Of a DNA stretch of 39,087 nucleotides, positions 1 through 9,129 are shown piece after piece (positions within the stretch are counted from its first letter, which is position 1; each line of letters opens with the position of its first letter). Location of the stretch: IMG/VR virus record IMGVR_UViG_3300027732_000054, positions 1-39,087 of that record; one strand, 5' to 3'. Both the position numbers and the translations under genes were made by a program. The notes below the pieces were generated by a model. The model made no database searches. It had not been told where the DNA came from and worked only from the letters and a program-made list of their open reading frames with translations. This DNA comes from a virus. Taxonomy: Duplodnaviria > Caudoviricetes.

Positions 1-246
1 TTTAACCGTGCTATTTGCCGTGGGAAATTGGATTTATTCTTTCCCAAGGTTGCAGAAAGACCACAAAGACGGGCGAGGCGTGAAGCAGAAGCCACTGCGC
101 TCTGTAGGCAATGCCCCGTATCCGCAGAGTGCCGAGAGTACGGTAGGAACAACCACGAATACGGCGTGTGGGGAGGAGAAACCGAGATAGAGCGCCATGA
201 GGCTGGATTTGAATTGTCGGCAATCATTGGTCTTCGGAAAAGATAA
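1..246 (+). CDS. whiB: WhiB-family Fe-S transcription factor (5' truncated)
   Basis: Frame 1 is open from base 1 (FNRAICRGKLDLFFP); C...CxxC-x5-C plus GVWGG motif. Confidence 0.92.
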   Translation, partial: FNRAICRGKLDLFFPKVAERPQRRARREAEATALCRQCPVSAECREYGRNNHEYGVWGGETEIERHEAGFELSAIIGLRKR

Positions 247-335
247 AAGTTTTAAAGAAATCTTACTGAGGTGTTGCTTTCATAGACGCCAAGGGGCTAA
301 TCTTCTTCTAATAGATTTATCCAAAGGAGATAGCA

Positions 336-1373
336 ATGCCCCATGACCTCGATTCAACCAGAGCAGGAAAAGTCCGTATGGCTTATGCGGACCACGAAGT
401 TCCTTGGCACCGCCTTGGCACCCCCATGAATGGTCTTCAAACCGCCGAGGAAATGCTCCGAGCCGCAGAAGCCGATTACACGGTTGTACTTACCGAAGTA
501 GCCGCTGTGGACGCCTATGGAAATGTCATCATGACGACCGATAAGGACGGGGCTAGTGTTCCTTTGACTGTGGCAGATAGCCGAGCAACCGTGCGCGTCA
601 ATCATGACGGCACCTACGACAGTCTGTCAACGGTGGGTACTCGCTTTGTGGTTCAGCAGAACTCCGACTGTCTACTCAAGGCTCTTACTATTGTTGGGGC
701 GACCGAGGGCGATGCTGTCGTAGATACATGCGGAGTGCTCAATGGTGGGCGCGAATTCTTTGCATCTATTGACATGGGGGGACTCATCATTGACCCAACT
801 GGCATAAATGACAAGATTGAACGCTATCTATTGGTCCGCAATGGACATGATGGCAAGACGCCTATCACTTATGCCAACACTTCTATTCGTGCAGTCTGCA
901 AGAACACCGTTATGGCTGGAATGAATTCGGCTATCCGTGTGTTTACCGCACGACACACCCGCAATCAAGACACCGCCATTAATGAAGCACAAAAAGTTCT
1001 TGAACTTTCCACTGCATGGGCAGATGAGTTCACTCGTACTGCAGAAAAATTGCTGAGTATCAAGGTCCCTGTTGGTTCATTGAGTATTGACAAAGTTCTC
1101 AATACAGTATTCGTCAAGAAGAAAGATGAAACAGACCGCCAGCGCGACAACCGTGAAGAGGTTAACGCACTTATCCGTGGGCTCTATCTATCAGAGAAAA
1201 ATGCTGGTGGCTACGGGGCTAACGGTTGGGCGCTCTACAACACTATTGTTGAATACTTTGACCACTATCGTGACGCTAAGCCCAACGAACGCGCCATCTC
1301 TTCCATGGACCCGAATTCATGGGTTACTAAAAAGAAGCATGAGACCCAGTCAGCCATTCTTGCACTAATCTAG
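336..1373 (+). CDS. DUF932/DUF945 phage/plasmid protein (TIGR03299-like)
   Basis: PWHRLG N-terminus, YLLVRNGHDG, RAVCKNT, WALYNTIVEY; SD AAGGAG. Confidence 0.85.
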   Translation: MPHDLDSTRAGKVRMAYADHEVPWHRLGTPMNGLQTAEEMLRAAEADYTVVLTEVAAVDAYGNVIMTTDKDGASVPLTVADSRATVRVNHDGTYDSLSTVGTRFVVQQNSDCLLKALTIVGATEGDAVVDTCGVLNGGREFFASIDMGGLIIDPTGINDKIERYLLVRNGHDGKTPITYANTSIRAVCKNTVMAGMNSAIRVFTARHTRNQDTAINEAQKVLELSTAWADEFTRTAEKLLSIKVPVGSLSIDKVLNTVFVKKKDETDRQRDNREEVNALIRGLYLSEKNAGGYGANGWALYNTIVEYFDHYRDAKPNERAISSMDPNSWVTKKKHETQSAILALI

Positions 1374-1437
1374 GTTCAGGTCGTGAGACAATTGAATCGT
1401 GTGCACCACACGCGTTTCCTAGAAGGACTGATGTGCG

Positions 1438-1866
1438 ATGATGGACGACGATGAAGACAATGAGATATCCCGTGCGGATTTGGTTAATTTCCTTGGGGAA
1501 TTCTTAACTCAGAACAAAGATTCAGGGCTCATCTACAGAGGTCATCTCTGCAAGATTATCGTTGGGCGCGTCTTTGAAGAGTTCGGTCCCGAAGGTTTAT
1601 GCGAATTAATGATGCAGATTGACCGCCGTGCTGGCTGGATTTCCGACATCATCTTTGAACAATCAGACTTTAATAATGCGCTCTTTGCTAAGTACATGCA
1701 TTACGATGAGGAAATTGTTGACAAGGCACGTAATTCGCAACAACTCCTAGAACTAAACAAAAAGATTTGGAGACTTCGCAAGAAGTATGCGGGACTCATT
1801 ATCGATGAAATCATGGACGACGAACTTGAACTCGCTGAGTTAGAAAAAGAGGAAGGCGAGAACTAA
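1438..1866 (+). CDS. hypothetical acidic protein
   Basis: 142 aa ORF, SD-like AAGGA, TAATG coupling to next gene. Confidence 0.75.
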   Translation: MMDDDEDNEISRADLVNFLGEFLTQNKDSGLIYRGHLCKIIVGRVFEEFGPEGLCELMMQIDRRAGWISDIIFEQSDFNNALFAKYMHYDEEIVDKARNSQQLLELNKKIWRLRKKYAGLIIDEIMDDELELAELEKEEGEN

Positions 1867-2147
1867 TGTCTCGTTTCTGGGAAAAAATCATCAAGGTTAC
1901 TCCGCCATTTGAAGGAAGTGCCGAAGAGATAAGGAAGAACGTTGAGTCACATAGTTGGCGAAATGTTGATTTGTCAATTCGTTTTGGCGTAAAAGATATG
2001 GGCGAAGTCATTGAGTGTGCTGACTGTAGAGTATTGGCATCATCAAATGTGGCTTACTACTCATGCGACGATGTGCGTAATGGCTGCATCCCTAAAGAAA
2101 TCCCTTGGGAAGAGTACAAGTCAACTATCAAGAAAGCCGATAAATAA
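1866..2147 (+). CDS. hypothetical protein (CxxC)
   Basis: 93 aa ORF coupled to upstream stop. Confidence 0.7.
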   Translation: MSRFWEKIIKVTPPFEGSAEEIRKNVESHSWRNVDLSIRFGVKDMGEVIECADCRVLASSNVAYYSCDDVRNGCIPKEIPWEEYKSTIKKADK

Positions 2148-2149
2148 CG

Positions 2150-2184
2150 GAGCCCCACTGTCAGGGGGATGACGAGTGGGGCTC
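2150..2184. terminator. hairpin between convergent genes
   Basis: GAGCCCCACT...AGTGGGGCTC inverted repeat. Confidence 0.55.
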
Positions 2185-2258
2185 AACGCTTTGGACTCGG
2201 GGGGCTTTGTCCTCTATTGATACTACTTACATACTTTGCTTCGTGCAACCTATCTCTT

Positions 2259-4268
2259 CTAGAAATTTAAGAATTTCATTAGGATGCTACTAGCGTTGTC
2301 TTCAGTAAACACAACATCCCCTTCTACAGCCCTATTGACTACAACTCTCTTCTTGTCAATGAGTGAGTAAATGTCTTCATCTATAGTTCCAGTCGTCATC
2401 ATGTATGTAGATGTAACGGAACCTAACTGACCAATTCTATGACAGCGTGAGTATGTCTGGTCAATGTCCGCTGGTGTCCAAGGGAACTCAACAAAAAGTA
2501 CATCTTGAGCCGATGTGAGAGTGTGTCCAGTCTTAGCCGCTTGGATTGATAGGACGATAACCGGGGCTTCCTCGCAAGTCGTGTTCTGAAACTTCCACTT
2601 AGCCTCTTCAATATCTTCAATAGACATTCCACCTTGAATCTTCAAACCGCCATACTTGTTTGCAAGCATGTCTACGATTTCTCTGTGGTGAGCCGCAACA
2701 ACAACTTTCTTTCCGTCTTGCACGCGAGCGTCAATCCATTCTTCAACTGCTGGCATCTTTGCTTTAGCCGCAATCTTGCGTAAGACACTCACTTTCACGA
2801 GATGTTCGTTTGATTCAGCCCTCAAGCGAGCCGACACAGCGGCAGCCCCGACTGGGAGACCCATCTCTTTGGCTATCTGCTTGGCTCGTTCCACTAGGTA
2901 AGCAACGATGTCGTCCTTCGCCTTTGTGTATTCCTTCATCACGGCAGGAGTGCCTTCTACGACAACGGGGTTATGAATAACTGGTGGTAACTCTTTCATC
3001 ACTTGGTCTTTAGTTCTTCTGATGTAACAGTTTGCTCTCAGTTTGTCATTGAGTTCTTCTAAGTTGGAGTGCCCCTCAAGATGCCATTGACCCCATTTGT
3101 CCTTGTATGCACTGCAGTAGCGACGATAGAAGCCCCACAATCCACCAAAGGCATCAAGTTGTCCAAGGATGTCTAGTTGTGAAGCGTATTCTGCTGGCCT
3201 GTTCGTTACTGGAGTCCCGGTAAGGCAGAGAACAACTGCGTTCTTGTTTGACTTCGTCATCTTCTTGGCTGACTTCGTACGCTGTGCATCCGTTGATTTG
3301 CAGTAATGCGATTCATCAAACACATAGGCGTTGTGATTCATCAACTGATTTTCCCACGCAGTTATATTGGAGTAGCCAATGACGAGAACATCGTATGTGC
3401 CGAACATTGGTATCTCTTTACGGTTCTTTACAACCTCAACGATTTTTTCGGGTAGCCATCTGTTGTATTCGTTCTTCCAGTTGAGTACGAGAGTAGTGGG
3501 ACATACAACTACGGCTGGATATGCGGGACTAGCCTCGCCATCTTCTCGTTGCAGGTGAAGGTTCTCTAGTGTTGCAATCGCTTGCAGGGTCTTGCCAAGT
3601 CCCATCTCGTCTGCGATGAATGTCCTCTTTACCGCTGATGCGTATGCAACTCCTGCTCTTTGGTATGGAAGGAGTGTTCCCTGTAGCCCCGGGATATCTA
3701 TCTCTGCATCAACTTCACGACTAGCACTTCGTCGTTCGCTTTGGCTCGTACTAATGCGTTCTGCTTCGGCACGGACATCATTTGGGACATCAACCTTGAA
3801 AGTAGTCGCCCACTTGACTACGGTTTCAATCGCTGTCATCGGGGCCTTCCAAGCCTTGGTCTTAGAGTCCCAAGTTATCCCCTCAATTTGTTTCACTGAG
3901 CGCACCATCACAGGGTCGTACTTGAAGGAGAGGTAAACATACTTCCCCCTAACAGAGAGACCATCCCCTGGGTTTTTGTGGTCAGGAATATCAAAAGCCA
4001 AGATTTCGTTTGAGATAATGAAGTCGTACTTGATTGCGAAGTCCCGCATTTGCCTGAGACTGGTCAGCGGGGTGCGCCATACTTTGGCAACCTTGTCCCA
4101 TTTGGCTGAGGGGACACATTTAATTTCCGCAACCAAGTCGGAGTCATAAGGGAACTCTGCGACGATGATGTCGTCAACCAAAGTGAGGGTACTAACCCCA
4201 TCCCCCTTGTAATCACCTGACCGTTTCGTCATACCGCTCATCCTAGCCTCGCACTCGGGGCTCGTCAA
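2259..4268 (-). CDS. SNF2-family helicase, SMARCAL1/HARP-like, with two N-terminal HARP-like repeats
   Basis: LLPYQ, ADEMGLGKT, DESH, LTGTP, QTYSRCHRIGQ; repeats FPYD..W...KVW and FKYD..W...KAW; exact start uncertain. Confidence 0.9.
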   Translation of the reverse strand: MTSPECEARMSGMTKRSGDYKGDGVSTLTLVDDIIVAEFPYDSDLVAEIKCVPSAKWDKVAKVWRTPLTSLRQMRDFAIKYDFIISNEILAFDIPDHKNPGDGLSVRGKYVYLSFKYDPVMVRSVKQIEGITWDSKTKAWKAPMTAIETVVKWATTFKVDVPNDVRAEAERISTSQSERRSASREVDAEIDIPGLQGTLLPYQRAGVAYASAVKRTFIADEMGLGKTLQAIATLENLHLQREDGEASPAYPAVVVCPTTLVLNWKNEYNRWLPEKIVEVVKNRKEIPMFGTYDVLVIGYSNITAWENQLMNHNAYVFDESHYCKSTDAQRTKSAKKMTKSNKNAVVLCLTGTPVTNRPAEYASQLDILGQLDAFGGLWGFYRRYCSAYKDKWGQWHLEGHSNLEELNDKLRANCYIRRTKDQVMKELPPVIHNPVVVEGTPAVMKEYTKAKDDIVAYLVERAKQIAKEMGLPVGAAAVSARLRAESNEHLVKVSVLRKIAAKAKMPAVEEWIDARVQDGKKVVVAAHHREIVDMLANKYGGLKIQGGMSIEDIEEAKWKFQNTTCEEAPVIVLSIQAAKTGHTLTSAQDVLFVEFPWTPADIDQTYSRCHRIGQLGSVTSTYMMTTGTIDEDIYSLIDKKRVVVNRAVEGDVVFTEDNASSILMKFLNF

Positions 4269-4471
4269 CTATCGGCGAAGTCATCATCAGCGAAGTCTCG
4301 CAACCGTGGATACGCCCAACGAACGGCGAACACCAATCCGACGAGGAAGGCGACACCCCAGTTCACGAAGCCCGAAGCAAAGCCAAGCACTCCGAAAATA
4401 ATCTGGCTGGTCGGCAAAAACAGCCCCAACAAAATGGCTACGAACAATTTATGTTTCTTGATGAGTTCCAT
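4265..4471 (-). CDS. small membrane protein, leaderless
   Basis: Two hydrophobic stretches; ATG at +1 of class I promoter. Confidence 0.8.
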   Translation of the reverse strand: MELIKKHKLFVAILLGLFLPTSQIIFGVLGFASGFVNWGVAFLVGLVFAVRWAYPRLRDFADDDFADS

Positions 4472-4478
4472 ACCTCTA

Positions 4479-4521
4479 TATCGGCAGAAGGATTACAGTA
4501 GTTCAGTTAAGTTTATCCACA
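4479..4521 (-). promoter_or_regulatory. class I promoter + DnaA box
   Basis: TGTGGATAA-N7-TGAACTA-N14-CCGATA-N7-ATG(4471). Confidence 0.85.
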
Positions 4522-4636
4522 GGCTAAGAAGTAGACTCTACATTTCCACGAAGGCACGAACATATCAAAATGATATAAATGTGACGCTTGTGAGTACAGG
4601 GGGTAAGAGCCCCGATAAATATGTCCTCAACAAATG

Positions 4637-4650
4637 ACGGTGGCGGAAAG
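4637..4650 (+). repeat. ACGGTGGCGGAAAG motif copy 1
   Basis: Perfect 14-mer, 8 copies in window. Confidence 0.85.
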
Positions 4651-4856
4651 CAACTTGCGGATAGGAGATTCGCCCTCCCCCTCGTGCTCGTAATGGAAAA
4701 GCGCATACATCTAGAAGCGAAACGACTAGATGTTGAGAGGGAGGGAGGATGGAGCCATTTGAAAGGGTAAACCGTGGCATCTCCCACCATCCTTACGAAG
4801 AAGGCGAAACATTTCTTCCTCAATGGAAAGAACGGGGCTCACCAGCATAGAGACAA

Positions 4857-5072
4857 TCACACAGAGAGAGGACGACTAGCAAGAGAACCAAGGAACTCAT
4901 TGCCATCCATCTCCATCAACGCCCAGTAAGCATCTTTGTAAGAAGGGAACATTGATTCAAAAACAACTTCACCCGTGGCTTTATTCTCCAGCGCCCCCAT
5001 GGCCTCAGAGCCCCGCACAGGAGCGATGCGAATCAGGTAGACAAGTCCATTGAGGAGCGGCTGATGTTTCAT
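4857..5072 (-). CDS. hypothetical protein
   Basis: 71 aa ORF co-oriented with neighbours. Confidence 0.55.
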   Translation of the reverse strand: MKHQPLLNGLVYLIRIAPVRGSEAMGALENKATGEVVFESMFPSYKDAYWALMEMDGNEFLGSLASRPLSV

Positions 5073-5168
5073 GTGCGTACCTTACCCGTCAGCCCTTCGA
5101 GAAGCAAGTACCGGACAACCGGGGCTGCCCCTCACCTTTCCCCCAACGAAAGTCGGTGGGGGAAAGGG

Positions 5169-5396
5169 CTAGTCAATCCGCTGTGTACCGTCTGGTGTCC
5201 AATTATGACCAGCGCAGTCACTCTCCTGAAATCCGCAATACTCGCAAAACTCGCCAGTGGGGGTCTCCTCCGCAATCTCTATGGTCTCCTCAACAAAGCG
5301 AGATGAGAAAGAGTTCGGGCAGACCCGAAAGGCGAGGCGGACGAGGGCGGAGGCGAGCGTGAAGCGCGCATGGGCTGTGTGTGTGGGGGCTGTCAT
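5169..5396 (-). CDS. small Cys/His protein, leaderless
   Basis: ATG 5396 at +1 of class I promoter; CEYC...CAGH. Confidence 0.7.
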   Translation of the reverse strand: MTAPTHTAHARFTLASALVRLAFRVCPNSFSSRFVEETIEIAEETPTGEFCEYCGFQESDCAGHNWTPDGTQRID

Positions 5397-5403
5397 ACCC
5401 AAG

Positions 5404-5492
5404 TATCGGCTCAGTCCTTACATTAGTTCAGTAAAACTTATCCACAGATTGTGGATAAACTAGAGTGAACTAAAGTAACCGAACAACCGATA
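5404..5492. promoter_or_regulatory. divergent pair of class I promoters with inverted DnaA boxes
   Basis: TATCGG 5404, TAGTTCA 5424, TTATCCACA 5438, TGTGGATAA 5450, TGAACTA 5466, CCGATA 5487. Confidence 0.88.
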
Positions 5493-5499
5493 TACAAGC

Positions 5500-5691
5500 A
5501 TGCACCCCACCTACACCCCCTCCCCCCTTTGCGACGCTTGCGGTCTCCACGAGCCAACTATGGACTGGTACGACTACAACGAGTTCTTTTGGAACCTGTG
5601 CGACGAGTGCTTCGTGCGAGATGCCCTCATGGGGGGCGAGTGCGACTCCTCCTGCGACGGGGACTACGCCTGCGCCCACAACTCCCACTAG
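5500..5691 (+). CDS. zinc-ribbon microprotein, leaderless
   Basis: LCDACGLH...CDECF; ATG at +1; similar to 10342-10485. Confidence 0.8.
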   Translation: MHPTYTPSPLCDACGLHEPTMDWYDYNEFFWNLCDECFVRDALMGGECDSSCDGDYACAHNSH

Positions 5692-5924
5692 TGGGCAACC
5701 ACTCTGAGTGAGAAAACCACCGAGAGTGAGAGTCCCGCATCTCGAAGCGCCCCACCAACACGCTTAGATAAATCTATCTGAGCGATATTGGGGGTCGTAT
5801 GTGGCTAAAAGAGCGACAAAACTCCGAAATATTTGAAAATGCCGAAAATTCGCAAGCATTTCGTCCCCTATCAGGTCTTTTACTGCGAACGCAGAGCGTG
5901 ATTCTTCACCACTCTCCGTGAGGT

Positions 5925-6185
5925 CTAAAGGTGTATAGCACCTATTTCCTCAGGTGTGCTTTCCGACGGGGCTCGGCAAACCTTGATTTCCCATAGGGGT
6001 AGCCAGCCATTCCAGCCCTTCCCATCAACCCCCTTCAAGAGTATTTGGTCGGTGCGGTTCTTGTTCGGCACATAGACGAAGCGAGGTCCATGTTCTTTCA
6101 CTCGGTTACGGGTTCTCTTAGATGCGGTAGCCCCGTTTACTGTGACGATGAGTTCGGTTGGTTCGGTGATGTCGCTCAGGTTCAT
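5925..6185 (-). CDS. hypothetical protein
   Basis: TGATG coupling to upstream ORF. Confidence 0.7.
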   Translation of the reverse strand: MNLSDITEPTELIVTVNGATASKRTRNRVKEHGPRFVYVPNKNRTDQILLKGVDGKGWNGWLPLWEIKVCRAPSESTPEEIGAIHL

Positions 6186-6358
6186 CAGTCAACTTCTCCT
6201 ACTCTGATGCTTTCGCTGTCCCTTGTCATGCCCTTCATCAGCATCATGTACTGACCTGACCACGATATCGGGACTACCCGTGAGTGTTGCTTGTCGTCAT
6301 AGCCCGTCCATGTAATACGGAACTTGATTTGCTCTTCGTCTTCTATGTCGTTTTCCAT
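6185..6358 (-). CDS. hypothetical protein
   Basis: Probable start MENDIED; coupled downstream. Confidence 0.6.
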   Translation of the reverse strand: MENDIEDEEQIKFRITWTGYDDKQHSRVVPISWSGQYMMLMKGMTRDSESIRVGEVD

Positions 6359-6469
6359 GATGTCTTTCTGTCTCTTATAGGTAATGGAGAGTTTGCCAAC
6401 ACTGGAGTTGGTATCCATTGAGGGAAATACGCCCCGCTTCTGCGGTGTGATTGTTCCATAACTTGCGGG

Positions 6470-6769
6470 TTAGTGGACGAGGAAGCCTTCGTTGAGGACT
6501 GTAATCTGCCTCTGACCAGCAGAAATGCTGATAACGAGGTGTTCCATGCGCTCGTCGGCAAAGTAGTCCTGCCATTGGGGGTCGTAGGTTTCACGCCCGA
6601 TGTAGGCACGGTACTCACCTTCACCACCTAGCCCTTCAAGAGCAGTGATAGCAGAGCCCCGAATATCCACGAACGACTCGCCGTAGACGGTCTTGCCGAC
6701 CTGAACATCGTCCCATTGGTCGGCAGAAACCTTGACCAACTTCAGAATGTAGTGGTGATACCGTTCCAT
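6470..6769 (-). CDS. hypothetical protein
   Basis: Start MERYHH overlaps upstream stop (TGATG). Confidence 0.7.
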   Translation of the reverse strand: MERYHHYILKLVKVSADQWDDVQVGKTVYGESFVDIRGSAITALEGLGGEGEYRAYIGRETYDPQWQDYFADERMEHLVISISAGQRQITVLNEGFLVH

Positions 6770-7116
6770 CAGACGCTCACCGTTGCTCGGTAGTGAGTAA
6801 GGACACGACTCGCCATATCGCTGGGTGTCGTGGTTTCCCATTTGGTGACCTGCTCGTAGATGGCGCTGATGGCGCTGTCGTTCAGTCGTTCCGTGAGAAA
6901 CAAGTTCCAGCCAGCCCCAGCACCGTGACAGTCAAGGACTGTGATGGAGTGGAAGTGACCCTTGTAGGTGTCCATTGTGACGAACCAGCCGTCATCGTTG
7001 CCATCTTGGTAGATGCGCTCAATGTCGTTGCGGTCTGCTTCAGACATAATGTCGTCAAGCGAGTTCCATGCTGAGATAGTTCCCGTGAGTGGGCGGTATG
7101 TGATGTTGATTTCCAT
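6769..7116 (-). CDS. hypothetical protein, leaderless; paralog of 14539-14928
   Basis: ATG 7116 at +1; shared FHS.T.LD..G.GAGWNLFL. Confidence 0.85.
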   Translation of the reverse strand: MEINITYRPLTGTISAWNSLDDIMSEADRNDIERIYQDGNDDGWFVTMDTYKGHFHSITVLDCHGAGAGWNLFLTERLNDSAISAIYEQVTKWETTTPSDMASRVLTHYRATVSV

Positions 7117-7123
7117 AGTTAGA

Positions 7124-7166
7124 TATCGGTTCATTCCTTATATTGGTTCAGTCAAAGTTATCCACA
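7124..7166 (-). promoter_or_regulatory. class I promoter + DnaA box
   Basis: TATCGG 7124, TGGTTCA 7144, TTATCCACA 7158. Confidence 0.85.
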
Positions 7167-7227
7167 GGGCAGATTATCGCCCTCAGGGACACTCCACAAC
7201 CGGGGCTTCCCGTGCTACATTGGGCTT

Positions 7228-7425
7228 ATGGATTTAAACGACCGTTTCGCTGAGTTGGACGCTAAGTTGGCTGTCCTTGAGGCTGAGGTGGAGTTTTTGT
7301 GCCGTGATGTCGCCCGACTTTGGCTGGATACGACGCTGACACAGCCCCGTCCTGAGGGTTCGCAGGGTTTATTTAGATTTGTAGAGAAACCTCGCTGGAA
7401 AGCATGGGATTCGTCGGGGGAATGA
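7228..7425 (+). CDS. hypothetical coiled-coil microprotein
   Basis: 65 aa ORF with heptad-like N-terminus. Confidence 0.5.
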   Translation: MDLNDRFAELDAKLAVLEAEVEFLCRDVARLWLDTTLTQPRPEGSQGLFRFVEKPRWKAWDSSGE

Positions 7426-7438
7426 AAATCGGGGCTCT

Positions 7439-7514
7439 TGGCGTCTCAGGCAGGACTTGAACCTACAACCTTTGGGGTAGAAACCCATTGCGCTATCCAT
7501 TGCGCCACTGAGAC
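7439..7514 (-). tRNA. tRNA-Arg(TCT)
   Basis: Acceptor GTCTCAG/CTGAGAC, D arm GCGC-AATGGATA-GCGC (A20), anticodon loop TTTCTAC, T arm GTAGG-TTCAAGT-CCTGC, encoded CCA. Confidence 0.93.
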
Positions 7515-7517
7515 AGA

Positions 7518-7551
7518 AAGTGAGGGCAGGACATTCATCCTACCCCCACTT
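7518..7551 (-). terminator. hairpin immediately 5' of tRNA
   Basis: AAGTGGGGGTAGGA-TGAATG-TCCTGCCCTCACTT on minus strand (GU pairs). Confidence 0.45.
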
Positions 7552-7562
7552 GGGGCTAACCC

Positions 7563-7706
7563 CTAGTATCCGCCGTACTTCCGTTGGTCAAGTTCGTCTT
7601 GGACTTCTTGACGGCTACGGTCATTGTACGGGATACCTTCAGTGAGCCAAGCGTCTCTCATTGCCTCAAACTCACTGTCGTCATCATCATCGTATGGGTA
7701 GTTCAT
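7563..7706 (-). CDS. 47 aa acidic microprotein (not in ORF track)
   Basis: MNYPYDDDDDSEFEAMRDAW...; SD GGAGGTGA in conserved leader. Confidence 0.75.
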   Translation of the reverse strand: MNYPYDDDDDSEFEAMRDAWLTEGIPYNDRSRQEVQDELDQRKYGGY

Positions 7707-7737
7707 GTTTTCACCTCCATCCCCTGTCGTACCTAAG

Positions 7738-7780
7738 TATCGGTACAGGGATTACGATGGTTCACTGAAGTTTATCCACA
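7738..7780 (-). promoter_or_regulatory. class I promoter + DnaA box
   Basis: TATCGG 7738, TGGTTCA 7758, TTATCCACA 7772. Confidence 0.85.
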
Positions 7781-7784
7781 GGGG

Positions 7785-8069
7785 TCAGGGTATTGCTTGG
7801 TCAATGGCAAGCGCCAATAGGCGTGCTTTATCCCACTCCGCCCACCTGATAGCAGCCCCGAGTATTTCAATGAGGACTTTTGCATCGTCGCTGGTAGGGT
7901 AGACATCTCCCCCATTATCATGGTCACTGCCGAGCCACTCCAATACAGGAACGAAGGAGAAATCGGGGCTACTGGTGCGCAATACGGCGACTTCGTAACG
8001 CCCGTCAATAGCGGTCATGGAGAATGTGTCCCCATTGGGAAGGGTGTAGTGGAGATTGTCGTGCCTCAT
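7785..8069 (-). CDS. hypothetical protein
   Basis: 94 aa ORF, SD AAGGA. Confidence 0.7.
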   Translation of the reverse strand: MRHDNLHYTLPNGDTFSMTAIDGRYEVAVLRTSSPDFSFVPVLEWLGSDHDNGGDVYPTSDDAKVLIEILGAAIRWAEWDKARLLALAIDQAIP

Positions 8070-8173
8070 GAGGGTTGTCCTTTCGTTAAATCTAGGGGAA
8101 TGATAGCCCCGTTTTTATGTCCGTGCAATGGCTTTAGGGTGGGGATTGTCGCCCCCACCCCTCTATCAACCAC

Positions 8174-8320
8174 TCAGAGCCACTCAAAGAGGTCTCCGTC
8201 AGCGATTTCGCTGTAGTCAAGGTCATTCGCATCAGCGATAGCCTGCCACACGGCATCCTCCGTCAGAGGGGCATCAGGGTCAAGGAAGTCTTGCCACTGA
8301 TTGGATTTTGGTTCGGTCAT
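8174..8320 (-). CDS. 48 aa acidic microprotein (in-frame upstream ATG at 8344)
   Basis: MTEPKSNQWQDFLDPD...; conserved leader with GGGGGTGA. Confidence 0.75.
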   Translation of the reverse strand: MTEPKSNQWQDFLDPDAPLTEDAVWQAIADANDLDYSEIADGDLFEWL

Positions 8321-8351
8321 TTGGTCACCCCCATTCCCTGTCATGCCTAGA

Positions 8352-8440
8352 TATCGGAACGACCATCACTTTAGTTCAGTGAAAGTTATCCACAGCCTGT
8401 GGATAAATCTGAGTGAACTAGCGTAATGAGGAAACCGATA
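8352..8440. promoter_or_regulatory. divergent pair of class I promoters with inverted DnaA boxes
   Basis: TATCGG 8352, boxes 8386/8398, TGAACTA 8414, CCGATA 8435. Confidence 0.88.
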
Positions 8441-8447
8441 TTTAGAT

Positions 8448-8533
8448 GTAGCCCGCACGGCACGCCACCAACGCCCAGCGAACTCTGGGGGGGATATCTG
8501 GCAAGGAGGTCATTCCTCCGCAGTGTGGGCTAT
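8448..8533 (+). ncRNA. candidate structured ncRNA 1 (~86 nt)
   Basis: Starts at promoter +1, no ORF; 11 bp terminal stem GTAGCCCGCAC/GTGTGGGCTAT; internal stems. Confidence 0.6.
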
Positions 8534-8604
8534 TTTAGCGTCCCCATTTATTTCTGTTCCTGAGCCCCGGTTTTCTAAACCGATTATGTGTTCCTCAACC
8601 ATCT

Positions 8605-8618
8605 ACGGTGGCGGAAAG
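8605..8618 (+). repeat. ACGGTGGCGGAAAG motif copy 2
   Basis: Perfect 14-mer. Confidence 0.85.
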
Positions 8619-8874
8619 GAAATTGCCTACAGCCACGGAAATAAATAGCCGTTACGCTGGTCTTTTCTAACAACAAAATCAATGACAAAACACGGGGCTC
8701 CAGAGGCGTGGGAAATGGGGGTGTTGAGTGGGTTGTAGAGGAGTGCTATCACTCTGTTTTTGAGAGATATCAACCCCCAAGTAGGTCTCGCCTAGCCCCG
8801 ACAAAGCAATCAGCCCCACACCATTTGGCGTGAGGCTGACCACTGACAGGGAATTGCTTGGTTGGAATTGGCTA

Positions 8875-9129
8875 CTAGGGCAGGGGGCGTGTCGCCCCAT
8901 CTACTTCCCAGTACGAGTCTTCCCAGCAACGAACGAACTGGGGGTCAAGCCCCAACAGTGCGCCGTAACGCTGGGCAATGGCGGTTGCCTGCTCCTTGTT
9001 GATGCAGGGCATGGTCATAATGCCCGTGTCGCATTCATCACCCGTAGGTGACCGAAACCAAAAGTGGAGTTCGGTGTCAAGGATGCGGATGGCGGTGATA
9101 TCACCCTTGAGAATTGTCGTGAGTGTCAT
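8875..9129 (-). CDS. hypothetical protein
   Basis: Start MTLTTILKG via TAATG coupling, SD AGGAAAG. Confidence 0.7.
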   Translation of the reverse strand: MTLTTILKGDITAIRILDTELHFWFRSPTGDECDTGIMTMPCINKEQATAIAQRYGALLGLDPQFVRCWEDSYWEVDGATRPLP

